Shown piece after piece: positions 8,357-17,393 of a DNA stretch of 64,000 bases. Every line of letters begins with the position of its first letter. The stretch's first letter is position 1. Location of the stretch: contig JACNKQ010000036.1 of assembly GCA_014381945.1 (NCBI GenBank), positions 14,739 to 78,738 on the forward strand, given 5' to 3'. The position numbers and the translations under genes are program-made. The DNA comes from Actinomycetota bacterium (GTDB taxonomy: Bacteria > Actinomycetota > Acidimicrobiia > Acidimicrobiales > MedAcidi-G1). The notes below the pieces were generated by a model. It did no database searches. It saw only the letters and a program-made list of their open reading frames with translations, and was not told the DNA's origin.

Positions 8357-10134
8357 CCAGCCCGCTCGATACCACACCGGTCGATCCGGAGTTCGCCGCC
8401 GACATCGACAAGTTCGAGGAACAGCTCGCCGGCTACCTCGCCGGACGGGTCCCCGAGGACGTGTTCCGGGTGTTCCGACTCAACAACGGCATCTACGGGC
8501 AACGTCAGGGCGGCACCAACCAGATGGTGCGCGTCAAGGTCCCGTACGGCGCCATGACCGCCGACCAGCTCGACGGCCTGGCCGACGTCGTCGTCGACCA
8601 CAGCCGTGGCTGGGGCCACATCACCACCCGCCAGAACATCCAGTTCCACTTCGTGGAGCTGACCGAGATCCCCCGGGTCATGCGTCGGCTGGCTGCGGTG
8701 GGGCTCACCACCCGGGAGGCCTGCGGTGACACCGTCCGCAACGTGCAGGGCTGCCACCTGGCCGGCGCCTGCCCCTACGAGGTACTCGACATCAGCGCAT
8801 GGTCAGAGGCCGCCTACCGGCACTTCGTCCGCAACCCCCTGGCGCAACGGCTGCCCCGCAAGTTCAAGATCAACTTCTCGGGCTGCGACACCGACTGCGG
8901 ACAGGCCATGTTCAACGACGTCGGCGTGATCGCCACCTCGCGCACGCACCCCGACGGCAGCGTCGAGCAGGGCTTTCGCGTCTACATCGCCGGGGGCCTC
9001 GGCACGACGCCGTTCCCGGCGCTGGCGCTCGAGGAGTTCACCTCCCGCGAGGACCTGCTGCCGACCATCGAGTCGGTCCTGCGGGTCTTCGACCAGACGG
9101 GCAACCGCGACAACAAGCTGCGGGCGCGCCTCAAGTGGGTCGTGGACCAGCTCGGAATCGACGAGGTGCGACGCCGGGTGATGGCCACCCGAAAGTTCCT
9201 GCCCGCATCGGCAACCTGGCCGGGAGGCATCCCGGAGATCGTCGCCGAATGGGGTGACGACCCGGCAGGCATTGCCGCCGACACCACCCCGACCCCGGTC
9301 GGCCAGGGCGTGCCCGTGTCGCTGGGCGCCAGGACCCCTTTCGACCGGTGGGCCGAGGCCAACGTCGTGCGCGGCGCCGCCAACGGCACCGTGTCCGCCT
9401 ACGCCTGGTGCGAGCTGGGCGATGTCACCGCCGACCAGTTCCGCTCCCTGGCCGCCATCGTGCGCGAGTTCGACGCCGACGTGCGGGTGACCAACCGGCA
9501 GAACTTCGTGCTCCGCGACCTCACCGAGGACCAGCTGCCGACCCTGTTCCAGCGGCTCGTCGACGCCGGCATGGCAACGCCCGGCGCCGAACTGCTGCGC
9601 GACGTCGTGGCCTGCCCCGGCGCCGACACCTGCAACCTTGCAGTCACCCAGAGCCGCGGACTCGCCAAGGCCATCGGCGAAGCCCTCGAGGCCGAGGGCC
9701 TCGCCGAGGTGGGCGGCGTGCGCATCAACATCTCGGGCTGCACCAACAGCTGCGGGCAGCACCACACGTCCGACATCGGATTCTTCGGCGCCGAGCGGCG
9801 TGCCCACGGCCAGTCGGCCCCCGGCTACCAGATGCTGCTGGGCGGCTATGTCGGCCAGGAGCAGATCCACTTCGGGCAGAAGGCCCTGCGCCTCCCCGCC
9901 CGAAACGCCCCCCAGGCCGCCGTGCAGGTGGTCCGCCGGTTCGTCGACGAACGCCAGGCCGGCGAGAAGTTCCCGACCTGGCTGGAGCGCTCCGGTGGCG
10001 CCAAGGAGGTGGCGATCGGCCTCAAGGACCTCGACCAGTTCCCGCTGCCCGAGGAGGGCCCCGACTACTACGTCGACTTCGACGAGACCGGCCCCTACTC
10101 GGCTGAGATCGGCGAGTCGGAGTGCGCCACCTGA
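8344..10134 (+). CDS. sirA: ferredoxin-dependent sulfite reductase (NirA/SirA type)
   Basis: The protein-like part of ORF 7519..10134 starts at ATG 8344 (MAQLTSPLDTTPVDPEF...). It has duplicated nitrite/sulfite-reductase ferredoxin-like halves and siroheme/4Fe-4S Cys motifs (ACPGADTCNLA ... SGCTNSCGQH). Confidence 0.9.
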   Translation: MAQLTSPLDTTPVDPEFAADIDKFEEQLAGYLAGRVPEDVFRVFRLNNGIYGQRQGGTNQMVRVKVPYGAMTADQLDGLADVVVDHSRGWGHITTRQNIQFHFVELTEIPRVMRRLAAVGLTTREACGDTVRNVQGCHLAGACPYEVLDISAWSEAAYRHFVRNPLAQRLPRKFKINFSGCDTDCGQAMFNDVGVIATSRTHPDGSVEQGFRVYIAGGLGTTPFPALALEEFTSREDLLPTIESVLRVFDQTGNRDNKLRARLKWVVDQLGIDEVRRRVMATRKFLPASATWPGGIPEIVAEWGDDPAGIAADTTPTPVGQGVPVSLGARTPFDRWAEANVVRGAANGTVSAYAWCELGDVTADQFRSLAAIVREFDADVRVTNRQNFVLRDLTEDQLPTLFQRLVDAGMATPGAELLRDVVACPGADTCNLAVTQSRGLAKAIGEALEAEGLAEVGGVRINISGCTNSCGQHHTSDIGFFGAERRAHGQSAPGYQMLLGGYVGQEQIHFGQKALRLPARNAPQAAVQVVRRFVDERQAGEKFPTWLERSGGAKEVAIGLKDLDQFPLPEEGPDYYVDFDETGPYSAEIGESECAT

Positions 10135-10183
10135 TCAGGCGTTGAACCACGGTTCGGCCCGTCCCGTCGGGCAGGATCAGGGG

Positions 10184-11137
10184 ATGGCGATCGATTTCGG
10201 GACCGAGGACACGCCCCCCTACGGGGTCGTAGAGCAGGTATCGCCGCTCGTGCGCAGGGTGGTGGCCCGCAATCCGTCGAAGTTCACCTACCACGGCACC
10301 GGCACGTTCCTGGTCGGACCACCCGAGGGTGGCCGTGTGGCGATCATCGACGCCGGGCCCGACGACGACGACCACGTGGCCGCCGTGCTGGCCGCCGTGC
10401 AGGGGCAGGGGGGGACCCACCTGCTGGTCACCCACACACACCCCGACCACTCGCCCGCCACGGCAGCGGTCCGGGCGGCGACGGGTGCTGCCACCTACGG
10501 CTTCGGGCCCCACCCCGAGGCCGCCATCCGGGCCCACGAGGATCGGAAGCGTCGTGCGATCGAGGCCGGCGACGAGCCCGAGTCCGAGGATGGCGAGGGT
10601 GCCGGCGACCTGGGCTTCGAACCCGACCATCCGGTCGTCGACGGCGTCATGATCGAGGGCGACGGGTTCACCTTCGAGTGCCTCCACACGCCGGGCCACA
10701 TCTCCAACCACGTGTGCTTTTCATTCGCCGAAGAGCAGACGCTGTTCAGCGGCGACCACGTGATGGGCTGGTCCACATCGGTGATCCCCGCCCCCGACGG
10801 CGACCTCAACGACTACCTCGACAACCTGCGGCGCCTGGTGGAGCGTGACGAGGTCCGCTACCGCCCCACCCACGGACCGTCGATCACGGATCCGGTCCCG
10901 TACGTCGAGGCGCTGGTCGCCCACCGGGAGGAGCGCGAGCGCCAGATCGTGGCGGCGCTGGCCGACGGCCCCCGCACCATCGCCTCGCTGGTGGCCGAGA
11001 TGTACTCCCACGTGCACGAGGACCTGCACAAGGCGGCCGGCGCATCCGTGTACGCCCACCTGCTGGCCCTGCAACGGGCCGACCGGGCGACGGTCGAGGG
11101 AGACCCCGGACCGAAGTCGGAGTGGGGCCTGACGTAG
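10184..11137 (+). CDS. MBL-fold metallo-hydrolase
   Basis: The protein-like part of ORF 9638..11137 starts at ATG 10184 (MAIDFGTEDTPPYG...). Contains the THTHPDH (HxHxDH) motif, later HTPGH, and GDHVMG. Confidence 0.85.
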   Translation: MAIDFGTEDTPPYGVVEQVSPLVRRVVARNPSKFTYHGTGTFLVGPPEGGRVAIIDAGPDDDDHVAAVLAAVQGQGGTHLLVTHTHPDHSPATAAVRAATGAATYGFGPHPEAAIRAHEDRKRRAIEAGDEPESEDGEGAGDLGFEPDHPVVDGVMIEGDGFTFECLHTPGHISNHVCFSFAEEQTLFSGDHVMGWSTSVIPAPDGDLNDYLDNLRRLVERDEVRYRPTHGPSITDPVPYVEALVAHREERERQIVAALADGPRTIASLVAEMYSHVHEDLHKAAGASVYAHLLALQRADRATVEGDPGPKSEWGLT

Positions 11138-11144
11138 GTCCGGG

Positions 11145-11924
11145 TTACGGGTGCCGGCTCGAAACCGAGACGACCTCGCCGGTCATGTAGGACGACAGGT
11201 CGCTGGCGAGGAACACCATGACGTTGGCGACCTCCCACGGTTCGGCGGCCCGGCCGAAGGCCTCGTCGGCCACGAGCCCGGCCAGGAGATCCTCGCTGCT
11301 GGTCCTGGCCAGGTGCGGGTGCATGGCGATGCTGGGCGCCACACAGTTGACCCTGACCCCGTGGTCGGCGGCCTCGACCGCCGCCGAACGGGTGAGCGCC
11401 ATGACGCCGGCCTTGGCCGCTGCGTAGTGGGCCTGTCCGGCCTGTGCCCGCCAACCCAGCACGGAGGCGTTGTTGACGATCACGCCGCTGCCGCGCCCGG
11501 TCATGTGGCGCAGCCCCGCCCGGGTGCAGCGCATGGTGCCGGTCAGCGTCACGTCGAGCACCCGGTGCCACTCTTCGTCGGTCATGTCGACCAGGGGCGT
11601 ATCGCCGCCGAGACCCGCGTTGTTGACCAGCACGTCGATGCGGCCATGGGCGTCGATGGCTGCGGCGAACAACGCCCGGACGTCATCTTCGACGGTGACA
11701 TCGCAGCGGACCGCCAGCGGGCGCTCGCCGACGAGTTCGGCCAACGCATCGGCCGCCTCGCCCAATCGTCGCTCGTGGACATCGGACAGGACGACCGTTG
11801 CGCCTTCTTCGACACAGCGCTTCGCGGCAGCGAAGCCGATGCCCGCACCGGCTGCGGCCGTGACGACCACGATCCTGCCGTCGAGCAGGGCCCGACCCGG
11901 CGGGTACTCGGGCACGGTGGTCAC
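11145..11924 (-). CDS. SDR family oxidoreductase
   Basis: 259-aa ORF with AAAGAGIG, NNAG and YAAAKAG motifs. The GTG start overlaps the upstream SDR stop (GTGA). Confidence 0.85.
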   Translation of the reverse strand: MTTVPEYPPGRALLDGRIVVVTAAAGAGIGFAAAKRCVEEGATVVLSDVHERRLGEAADALAELVGERPLAVRCDVTVEDDVRALFAAAIDAHGRIDVLVNNAGLGGDTPLVDMTDEEWHRVLDVTLTGTMRCTRAGLRHMTGRGSGVIVNNASVLGWRAQAGQAHYAAAKAGVMALTRSAAVEAADHGVRVNCVAPSIAMHPHLARTSSEDLLAGLVADEAFGRAAEPWEVANVMVFLASDLSSYMTGEVVSVSSRHP

Positions 11925-12844
11925 GCCGACGCCGCCTCGTCGGCGGCCCGCTTCTCGGCCATCTCCTTCATGCGTCGCTCGAGGTCTGCGAACATCGGCA
12001 TCTCCTCCCGGCCTACCGAGACCGGCAGTCTCTCAGCAATCTCGTCCACGGTGAAGACACCATCGGCGGTGGCGGTCATCTCCCGGACCTCGACGGGCTG
12101 GTTCCAGACGGCGATCCGGCTGCCGGTGCACGTGTAGGTCTGGGCGGTGATGTCCCTGGCTGCGTCGGAGAGCAGGTAGACGGCCAGCGGTGCGATGTCC
12201 CCGGGGGCGCCGGCCTCGATCTCGAACGGCACGTTCTCGGACATTCGGGTCATGGCGGTCGGGGCGATGCAGTTGGCGTTGATGCCGTAGCGGCGCAGGG
12301 CGAAGGCGGCGCTGCGGGTCAGCGAGATGACGCCTCCCTTGGCCGCCGAGTAGTTGGCCTGTGCCGTCGAGGCCACGAAGGCGCCGGAGGTGAAGCCGAG
12401 CAGGCTGCCGCCGGTCTCCTGCCTGCGCATGACCGCCGAGGCCGCCCGGTAGAGGGTGAAGTGGCCCTTGAGGTGGACGGCCACGACATCGTCGAACTCG
12501 GCTTCGGACATGTTGAACAGCATCCGTTCGCGCACGATGCCGGCGACGCACACGACGCCGTCGATGCTGCCCCAGGTCTCGACGGCGGTATCGACGATCT
12601 GCTGGCCGACGGCCATTTCGGAAACGTCGCCGGCTACAGCGACCGCCGTGCCACCGGCGGCTTCGATCTCGGCGACGACGGCGTCGGCGACTTCATTGGA
12701 CGGATCGAGGCCGTCGAGGGAGACGCCGTAGTCGGCGACGACCACGTTGGCGCCCTCAGCGGCACAGGCGAGGGCGATGCCCCGGCCGATGCCGTTGCCG
12801 GCGCCGGTGACGGCGACGTTCTTCCCTGCGAGGTGTCCGGACAC
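11921..12844 (-). CDS. SDR family oxidoreductase (long, about 300-aa type)
   Basis: 307-aa ORF with TGAGNGIGRG and YSAAKGG motifs plus a C-terminal extension. Confidence 0.85.
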   Translation of the reverse strand: MSGHLAGKNVAVTGAGNGIGRGIALACAAEGANVVVADYGVSLDGLDPSNEVADAVVAEIEAAGGTAVAVAGDVSEMAVGQQIVDTAVETWGSIDGVVCVAGIVRERMLFNMSEAEFDDVVAVHLKGHFTLYRAASAVMRRQETGGSLLGFTSGAFVASTAQANYSAAKGGVISLTRSAAFALRRYGINANCIAPTAMTRMSENVPFEIEAGAPGDIAPLAVYLLSDAARDITAQTYTCTGSRIAVWNQPVEVREMTATADGVFTVDEIAERLPVSVGREEMPMFADLERRMKEMAEKRAADEAASA

Positions 12845-12869
12845 GGATGCTCCTGTGCTTCGATCATTT

Positions 12870-12884
12870 CTGACGGTGCGTCAG
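12870..12884. promoter_or_regulatory. candidate operator, palindrome CTGACGGTGCGTCAG (copy 2)
   Basis: Lies in the 103-bp divergent spacer between two SDR genes (starts 12844 and 12948). It is identical to copy 1 at 12 of 15 positions. Confidence 0.45.
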
Positions 12885-12947
12885 GTCACCTTACCGGCGA
12901 CGCCCGCCCCATACGAAGCCACGGCCGGCATCACATAGAGTCGCCCT

Positions 12948-13769
12948 GTGGCTCCCCCCGACCCGCCCCCACCCGGCCCCGACGCCATCCGCCTCGACGA
13001 CCAGGTTGCCGTCGTCACCGGCGGCGGCGCAGGCATCGGCCGCGGCGTGGCCGAGGTGCTCGCAGCCTTCGGCGCCAGCGTCGCCGTCTGGGAACGCGAC
13101 GCCGACACGTCCGGCATCGGAGCCGACCTCGGCGGGCTCGGCCTCACGGTCGACGTACGAGAGGCCGACCAGGTCGAACAGGCCCTCGGCGACACGATCG
13201 CCGGCCTCGGAACGCCGACCATCCTCGTCAACAACGCCGGCGGTACCTTCCGGCAGCCCTTCCTCGAATCCACCCGGAACGGACGGGACGCGATCCACCG
13301 GGCGAACCTCGGACAGGTCCTGCTCTGCACGCACCTCGTAGCCGGGGCCATGGTCGATGCCGGGCTGGGAGGGAACATCGTCAACGTCACGTCCATCGAG
13401 GGAGACCGGGCCGCCCCCGGGTACGCCGCCTACGCCGCATCCAAGGCCGGCATCGCCAACTTCACCAGGAGCGCCGCCGTCGAACTGGCACCACACGGCA
13501 TCCGGGTCAACGCCGTCGCCCCCGACATCACCGCCACCGAGGGCATCCTCGAACGGGCGGGCGCCGACGCATCCCGCAGGTGGGCCGACCTCGTTCCGCT
13601 GGGCCGCGCCGGCACGGTCGCCGAGATCGGCACCGTCATCGCCTTCCTGGTGTCGGACCTGGCCGCCTACATCACCGGCGAGACCATCCACGTGGACGGC
13701 GGAACGGCCGCCGCCGGGGGCTGGTACAGGCACCCCGGCACCGGCGACCACGTGATCGGACCGCGCTGA
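12948..13769 (+). CDS. SDR family oxidoreductase
   Basis: 273-aa ORF with a GTG start. Motifs: TGGGAGIGRG, NNAG, YAASKAG. Confidence 0.85.
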   Translation: MAPPDPPPPGPDAIRLDDQVAVVTGGGAGIGRGVAEVLAAFGASVAVWERDADTSGIGADLGGLGLTVDVREADQVEQALGDTIAGLGTPTILVNNAGGTFRQPFLESTRNGRDAIHRANLGQVLLCTHLVAGAMVDAGLGGNIVNVTSIEGDRAAPGYAAYAASKAGIANFTRSAAVELAPHGIRVNAVAPDITATEGILERAGADASRRWADLVPLGRAGTVAEIGTVIAFLVSDLAAYITGETIHVDGGTAAAGGWYRHPGTGDHVIGPR

Positions 13770-13785
13770 TACCAACCCCTCGACC

Positions 13786-14568
13786 TCAGCGGGCGGGGAC
13801 GAGTCCCCCGTCGACCATCAGGCACTGCCCGGTCATGAAGCTGGAGGCGTCGGACACCATGAACAGGACGGCGCCGACCATCTCATCGGGTGACGCCAGC
13901 CGACCCATGAACGTGGCCCTCGCCATGCCAGCCACCGCCGCCTCACCGGTGTTGCGGACCATGTCGGTGTCGACCGGACCGGGAGCCAGGGCGTTGACGC
14001 GTATCCCCCCGGGGCCCCGGCCGGCCAGCTCGGCGGCCATGGAGCGGGTGAAGCTGAGCAGGGCGGTCTTGCCTGCGGCGTAGAGGGACCGGCCCGGGCT
14101 GGGCAGGAACGCACCCGCCGAGACCACGTTGACGACGGCGGCGTGCCCGGAGGCCTCTAGGTGCGGCAGGCAGGCCTGGACCAGCAGCACCGGCCCCCGG
14201 ACGTTCACGGCGAACGACTTGTCGAATCCGGCCACGGTAATCCCGCCCAACGGTTCGGCCAGGGCGTTGGCGGCGTTGTTCACGACGATGTCGATGCCAC
14301 CGAACGCCTCGACGGTGGCGGCGGCCAGGCGCTCGGCATCCTCGGACTCGCCGAGGTGGGCGGGGACCGCCAGCGCCTCGCCACCGGCCCCGCGGATGGC
14401 AGCGACCACCTCGGCGCAGGCGTCGGCCCTGCGGCTGGCGACTACCACCCGGGCGCCCTGGGCGGCCAGGGCCTCGGCCACTGCCCGGCCGATCCCGCGG
14501 CTGCCACCGGTCACGATGGCGACCCGGCCGGTCAGGTCGTGCAGGGCTGCGATCTCGGTTCGGTCCAC
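13786..14568 (-). CDS. SDR family oxidoreductase
   Basis: The protein-like part of ORF 13786..14802 carries TGGSRGIGRA, NNAA and YAAGKTA. GTG 14568 is preceded by GAGGAG 5 nt upstream. Confidence 0.8.
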   Translation of the reverse strand: MDRTEIAALHDLTGRVAIVTGGSRGIGRAVAEALAAQGARVVVASRRADACAEVVAAIRGAGGEALAVPAHLGESEDAERLAAATVEAFGGIDIVVNNAANALAEPLGGITVAGFDKSFAVNVRGPVLLVQACLPHLEASGHAAVVNVVSAGAFLPSPGRSLYAAGKTALLSFTRSMAAELAGRGPGGIRVNALAPGPVDTDMVRNTGEAAVAGMARATFMGRLASPDEMVGAVLFMVSDASSFMTGQCLMVDGGLVPAR

Positions 14569-14650
14569 GTGCGCTCCTCGGCTCTGGGCGACGAGTCTGG
14601 CCCGGTGGTCGGCTCGCCCACGCATCGGAACCTCGCCTACCGTCGTCGGC

Positions 14651-15565
14651 ATGCCCAGCGACCGCAGGATCCTCGTCACCGGCCTGACCGGCCAGATCGG
14701 CCATCCCGTGGCCCGGATCCTGGCGCAGGACAACGAGGTGTGGGGAGCCGCACGCTTCTCCGCCGAGGGCAGCCGCGAGCGGGCAGAGTCGATCGGGGTC
14801 ACGACGGTCGCGGTCGACCTCGAGACCGGCGACTACGACGGCCTGCCCGACGACTTCACCCACGTCGTGCACTTCGCAGCCTGGATGGGTCCCCGGCCCG
14901 ACCACGACCGGGCGCTGCGGGCCAACGCCGAGGCCACCGGCCTGCTGATGCAGCACTGCCGTTCGGCGGAGGCGTTCCTCGTGGCCTCGACCAACTCCGT
15001 GTACCGCCCCAACGACGATCCGATGTACCAGTACGTCGAGGGCGATCCGCTGGGCGACCCGGCCTCGCCGTTCAGCCCCACCTACTCGATGTCAAAAAAC
15101 GCCCAGGAGGCCGTGGCCCGCACCATGGCCAGAGCACTCGGCCTGCGAACCACCATCGCCCGCATCAACGCCAGCTACGGGCCCAACGGCGGCCTGCCCG
15201 CCTACCACGGCGACTGGGTGGCCGCCGGACAGCCGGTCCCCCTTCGGGCACCCGGCCCCAACGCCTACAGCCCGATCCACGAGGACGACCTGGGAGCACA
15301 GGTGGCGCCGCTGCTCGACGCCGCCTCCACACCTGCCACGATCGTGAACTGGTGCGGCGACGAGGTCGTGACCGCCGAGGAGTGGTGCGCCCTGTTCGGC
15401 GAATGCCTCGGGGTCGAACCCGAACTCGTCTACGGCGATGTGCCCGGCAGCCAGCCCGGCAGCGCCGCCGACCCCACACGGCGCATCGAACTCACCGGTC
15501 CGTGCACGGTCCCGTGGCGCGAGGGCATGGCTGCGATGATCGAGGAGCGCTGCACCGGATCCTGA
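14651..15565 (+). CDS. NAD-dependent epimerase/dehydratase family protein
   Basis: The protein-like part of ORF 14129..15565 starts at ATG 14651 (MPSDRRILVTGLTGQIGHPVAR...). An extended-SDR YSMSK catalytic motif is present. Confidence 0.8.
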   Translation: MPSDRRILVTGLTGQIGHPVARILAQDNEVWGAARFSAEGSRERAESIGVTTVAVDLETGDYDGLPDDFTHVVHFAAWMGPRPDHDRALRANAEATGLLMQHCRSAEAFLVASTNSVYRPNDDPMYQYVEGDPLGDPASPFSPTYSMSKNAQEAVARTMARALGLRTTIARINASYGPNGGLPAYHGDWVAAGQPVPLRAPGPNAYSPIHEDDLGAQVAPLLDAASTPATIVNWCGDEVVTAEEWCALFGECLGVEPELVYGDVPGSQPGSAADPTRRIELTGPCTVPWREGMAAMIEERCTGS

Positions 15566-15581
15566 CCAGAGGCGGCGCTGT

Positions 15582-16832
15582 TCAGTTGGTCGAGAAGGCG
15601 CAGGGCAGGTGCTTGACGCCGTTCACGAAGTTGGCCCGCAGCCGATCGGGTTCTGCGGTGGCATGGATGTCGGGGAACCTCTCCAGCAGGTGCCGGTAGA
15701 GCACCGAGATCTCCCGCCGGGCCAGATGCGCGCCGAGGCAGAAGTGCGGGCCGGGGCCGCCGAATCCGACATGGGGGTTCGGGTCCCGGGTGACGTCGAA
15801 ACGGTCAGGGTCGTCAAAGACGGCCTCGTCCCGGTTCGCCGAGTTGTACCAGAGCACCACCTTGTCGCCTTCAGAGAACGAGCGGTCGCCGAGCGTGACC
15901 CCGTCGGTGGTAACCGTGCGCCGGAAGTGCATGACCGGGCTCGACATGCGGACGATCTCCTCGACGGCTCCCGGGGTCACGCCGTCGATGTCGGCCAGCC
16001 AGCGTTCGCGCTGGTCGGGGTTCGCCGTCAGGTCGACGAGCCCCCAGGTGATGGCGTTGCGGGTGGTTTCGTTGCCGGCCACGCACAGCAGCACGAAGAA
16101 CGATGCCAGTTCCTCGGGCGTGAGCCGCTCGCCGTCCACCTCGGCGTTCACCAGCAGCGAGGTGAGGTCCTCGCCGTCGCCTCCCCGGCGTTCATCGGCG
16201 GTCCGGTTCATGATCTCGGCGAGGCCGGCCCCGGCGCCGAGCAGCGCAGCCAACGGATCGGCATCCTCGCCGATGTACTCGGGATCTCCCTGGCTGAGCA
16301 CGATGTTCGACATGTGGAACACCTCGTCGTTCAGGGCGGGGTCGATGCCCATCATCTCGCAGATGATGACGAGCGGCAGCCGGGCCGCCACCTCGGTAAC
16401 GAAGTCGCACTCCCCCCGGTCGGCGAGGCCGTCGAGGATCTCTGCGGAGATCCGCTCGACCTCTGCTTCGAGGCGCTGCACCATGCGTGGGGTGAACCCG
16501 GCCGACACGATGCGGCGCAACCGGGCATGGCGGGGGTCGTCGAGGCTGATCATGGACCCGAAGAACTCCCGGAACTCGGGCGGCAGGTCGGGGATGTTGG
16601 TGCCCTCGCCCGAGCAGAACCACTCCGGGTGGCGGCTGGCCTCGACGACGTCGGCGTGGCGGGTGACGGCCCAGTACCCGGGACCGGCAGGGAGGTACTC
16701 GCCGAAGTCCATCTCCTCGAAGAAGCGGATGGGGTCCTCCCGCCGGAGGGTGGCGAAGGCCGCCTCCCGGTCGGCCATCGGGAGGGTCCAGAAGCCCTCG
16801 ATGTCTGAGAGGTCGATTTCGTCGAGTCGCAT
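15582..16832 (-). CDS. cytochrome P450
   Basis: ATG 16832 (MRLDEIDLSDIEGFW...). I-helix AGNETT, EXXR (EEIVR), and heme loop FGGPGPHFCLGAHLAR. Resembles the actinobacterial lipid/steroid side-chain P450 families. Confidence 0.9.
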   Translation of the reverse strand: MRLDEIDLSDIEGFWTLPMADREAAFATLRREDPIRFFEEMDFGEYLPAGPGYWAVTRHADVVEASRHPEWFCSGEGTNIPDLPPEFREFFGSMISLDDPRHARLRRIVSAGFTPRMVQRLEAEVERISAEILDGLADRGECDFVTEVAARLPLVIICEMMGIDPALNDEVFHMSNIVLSQGDPEYIGEDADPLAALLGAGAGLAEIMNRTADERRGGDGEDLTSLLVNAEVDGERLTPEELASFFVLLCVAGNETTRNAITWGLVDLTANPDQRERWLADIDGVTPGAVEEIVRMSSPVMHFRRTVTTDGVTLGDRSFSEGDKVVLWYNSANRDEAVFDDPDRFDVTRDPNPHVGFGGPGPHFCLGAHLARREISVLYRHLLERFPDIHATAEPDRLRANFVNGVKHLPCAFSTN

Positions 16833-16899
16833 GGCACGACGGTAGGCCGTGGCCCGCCCGCTGGCCGAGCCGGAACGGCGCACAACTAGGTTCGGTGCC

Positions 16900-17325
16900 A
16901 TGGATTCCGACGAGTTGAGGAGCCTGGCCGACCGGCTCGCCATCGAGGACCTGCTCACCCGCTACGCCCACGCCGTCGACCGCCGCGACTGGGACCTCTT
17001 CCGGAGCGTGTTCACCGACGACGCCCGGATCGACTACACGTCGGCCGGTGGGATCGCCGGAGACCTAGACGAGGCCGTGGCGTTCCTCGAGGAGACCATG
17101 CCGATGTTCGAGATGACCCAGCACCTCGTTGCCAACGTCGACGTGCGGATCGACGACGACACGGCAACCGTGTCGGCCATGTTCAGCAACCCGATGCGAC
17201 TCCCCGACGGCGACGTCTGGTTCACAGGCGGCTGGTACCACCACGACCTCGTTCGCACCGACGAAGGCTGGCGCAGTCGGAACCTGCGCGAAGAGTCCGC
17301 CTGGTTCGACCGGGCGCCCTTCTGA
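16900..17325 (+). CDS. NTF2/SnoaL-like domain protein
   Basis: ATG 16900 (MDSDELRSLADRLAIEDLLTRYAHAVDRRDWDLF...), the typical SnoaL_4/NTF2-like opening. About 141 aa. Confidence 0.7.
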   Translation: MDSDELRSLADRLAIEDLLTRYAHAVDRRDWDLFRSVFTDDARIDYTSAGGIAGDLDEAVAFLEETMPMFEMTQHLVANVDVRIDDDTATVSAMFSNPMRLPDGDVWFTGGWYHHDLVRTDEGWRSRNLREESAWFDRAPF

Positions 17326-17393
17326 GCGACGCTCCCGACCCACGCTCTCCCTGACTCACGCTCAGACCGGCCCCTCCGACTACGTTCGCCGCC

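Noticed and set aside
7519-10134. Long N-terminal extensions of real genes in the ORF track (7519..8343 of sulfite reductase; likewise 30964..32478, 36227..38092 upstream of 37045, 40308..41837 upstream of 41657, 53063..55786 upstream of 54505, 62432..63640 upstream of 63466)
   Set aside because: The extensions are R/P-rich and overlap the preceding gene. Protein-like sequence begins at an internal ATG/GTG that forms a 4-nt overlap or follows a Shine-Dalgarno-like motif.
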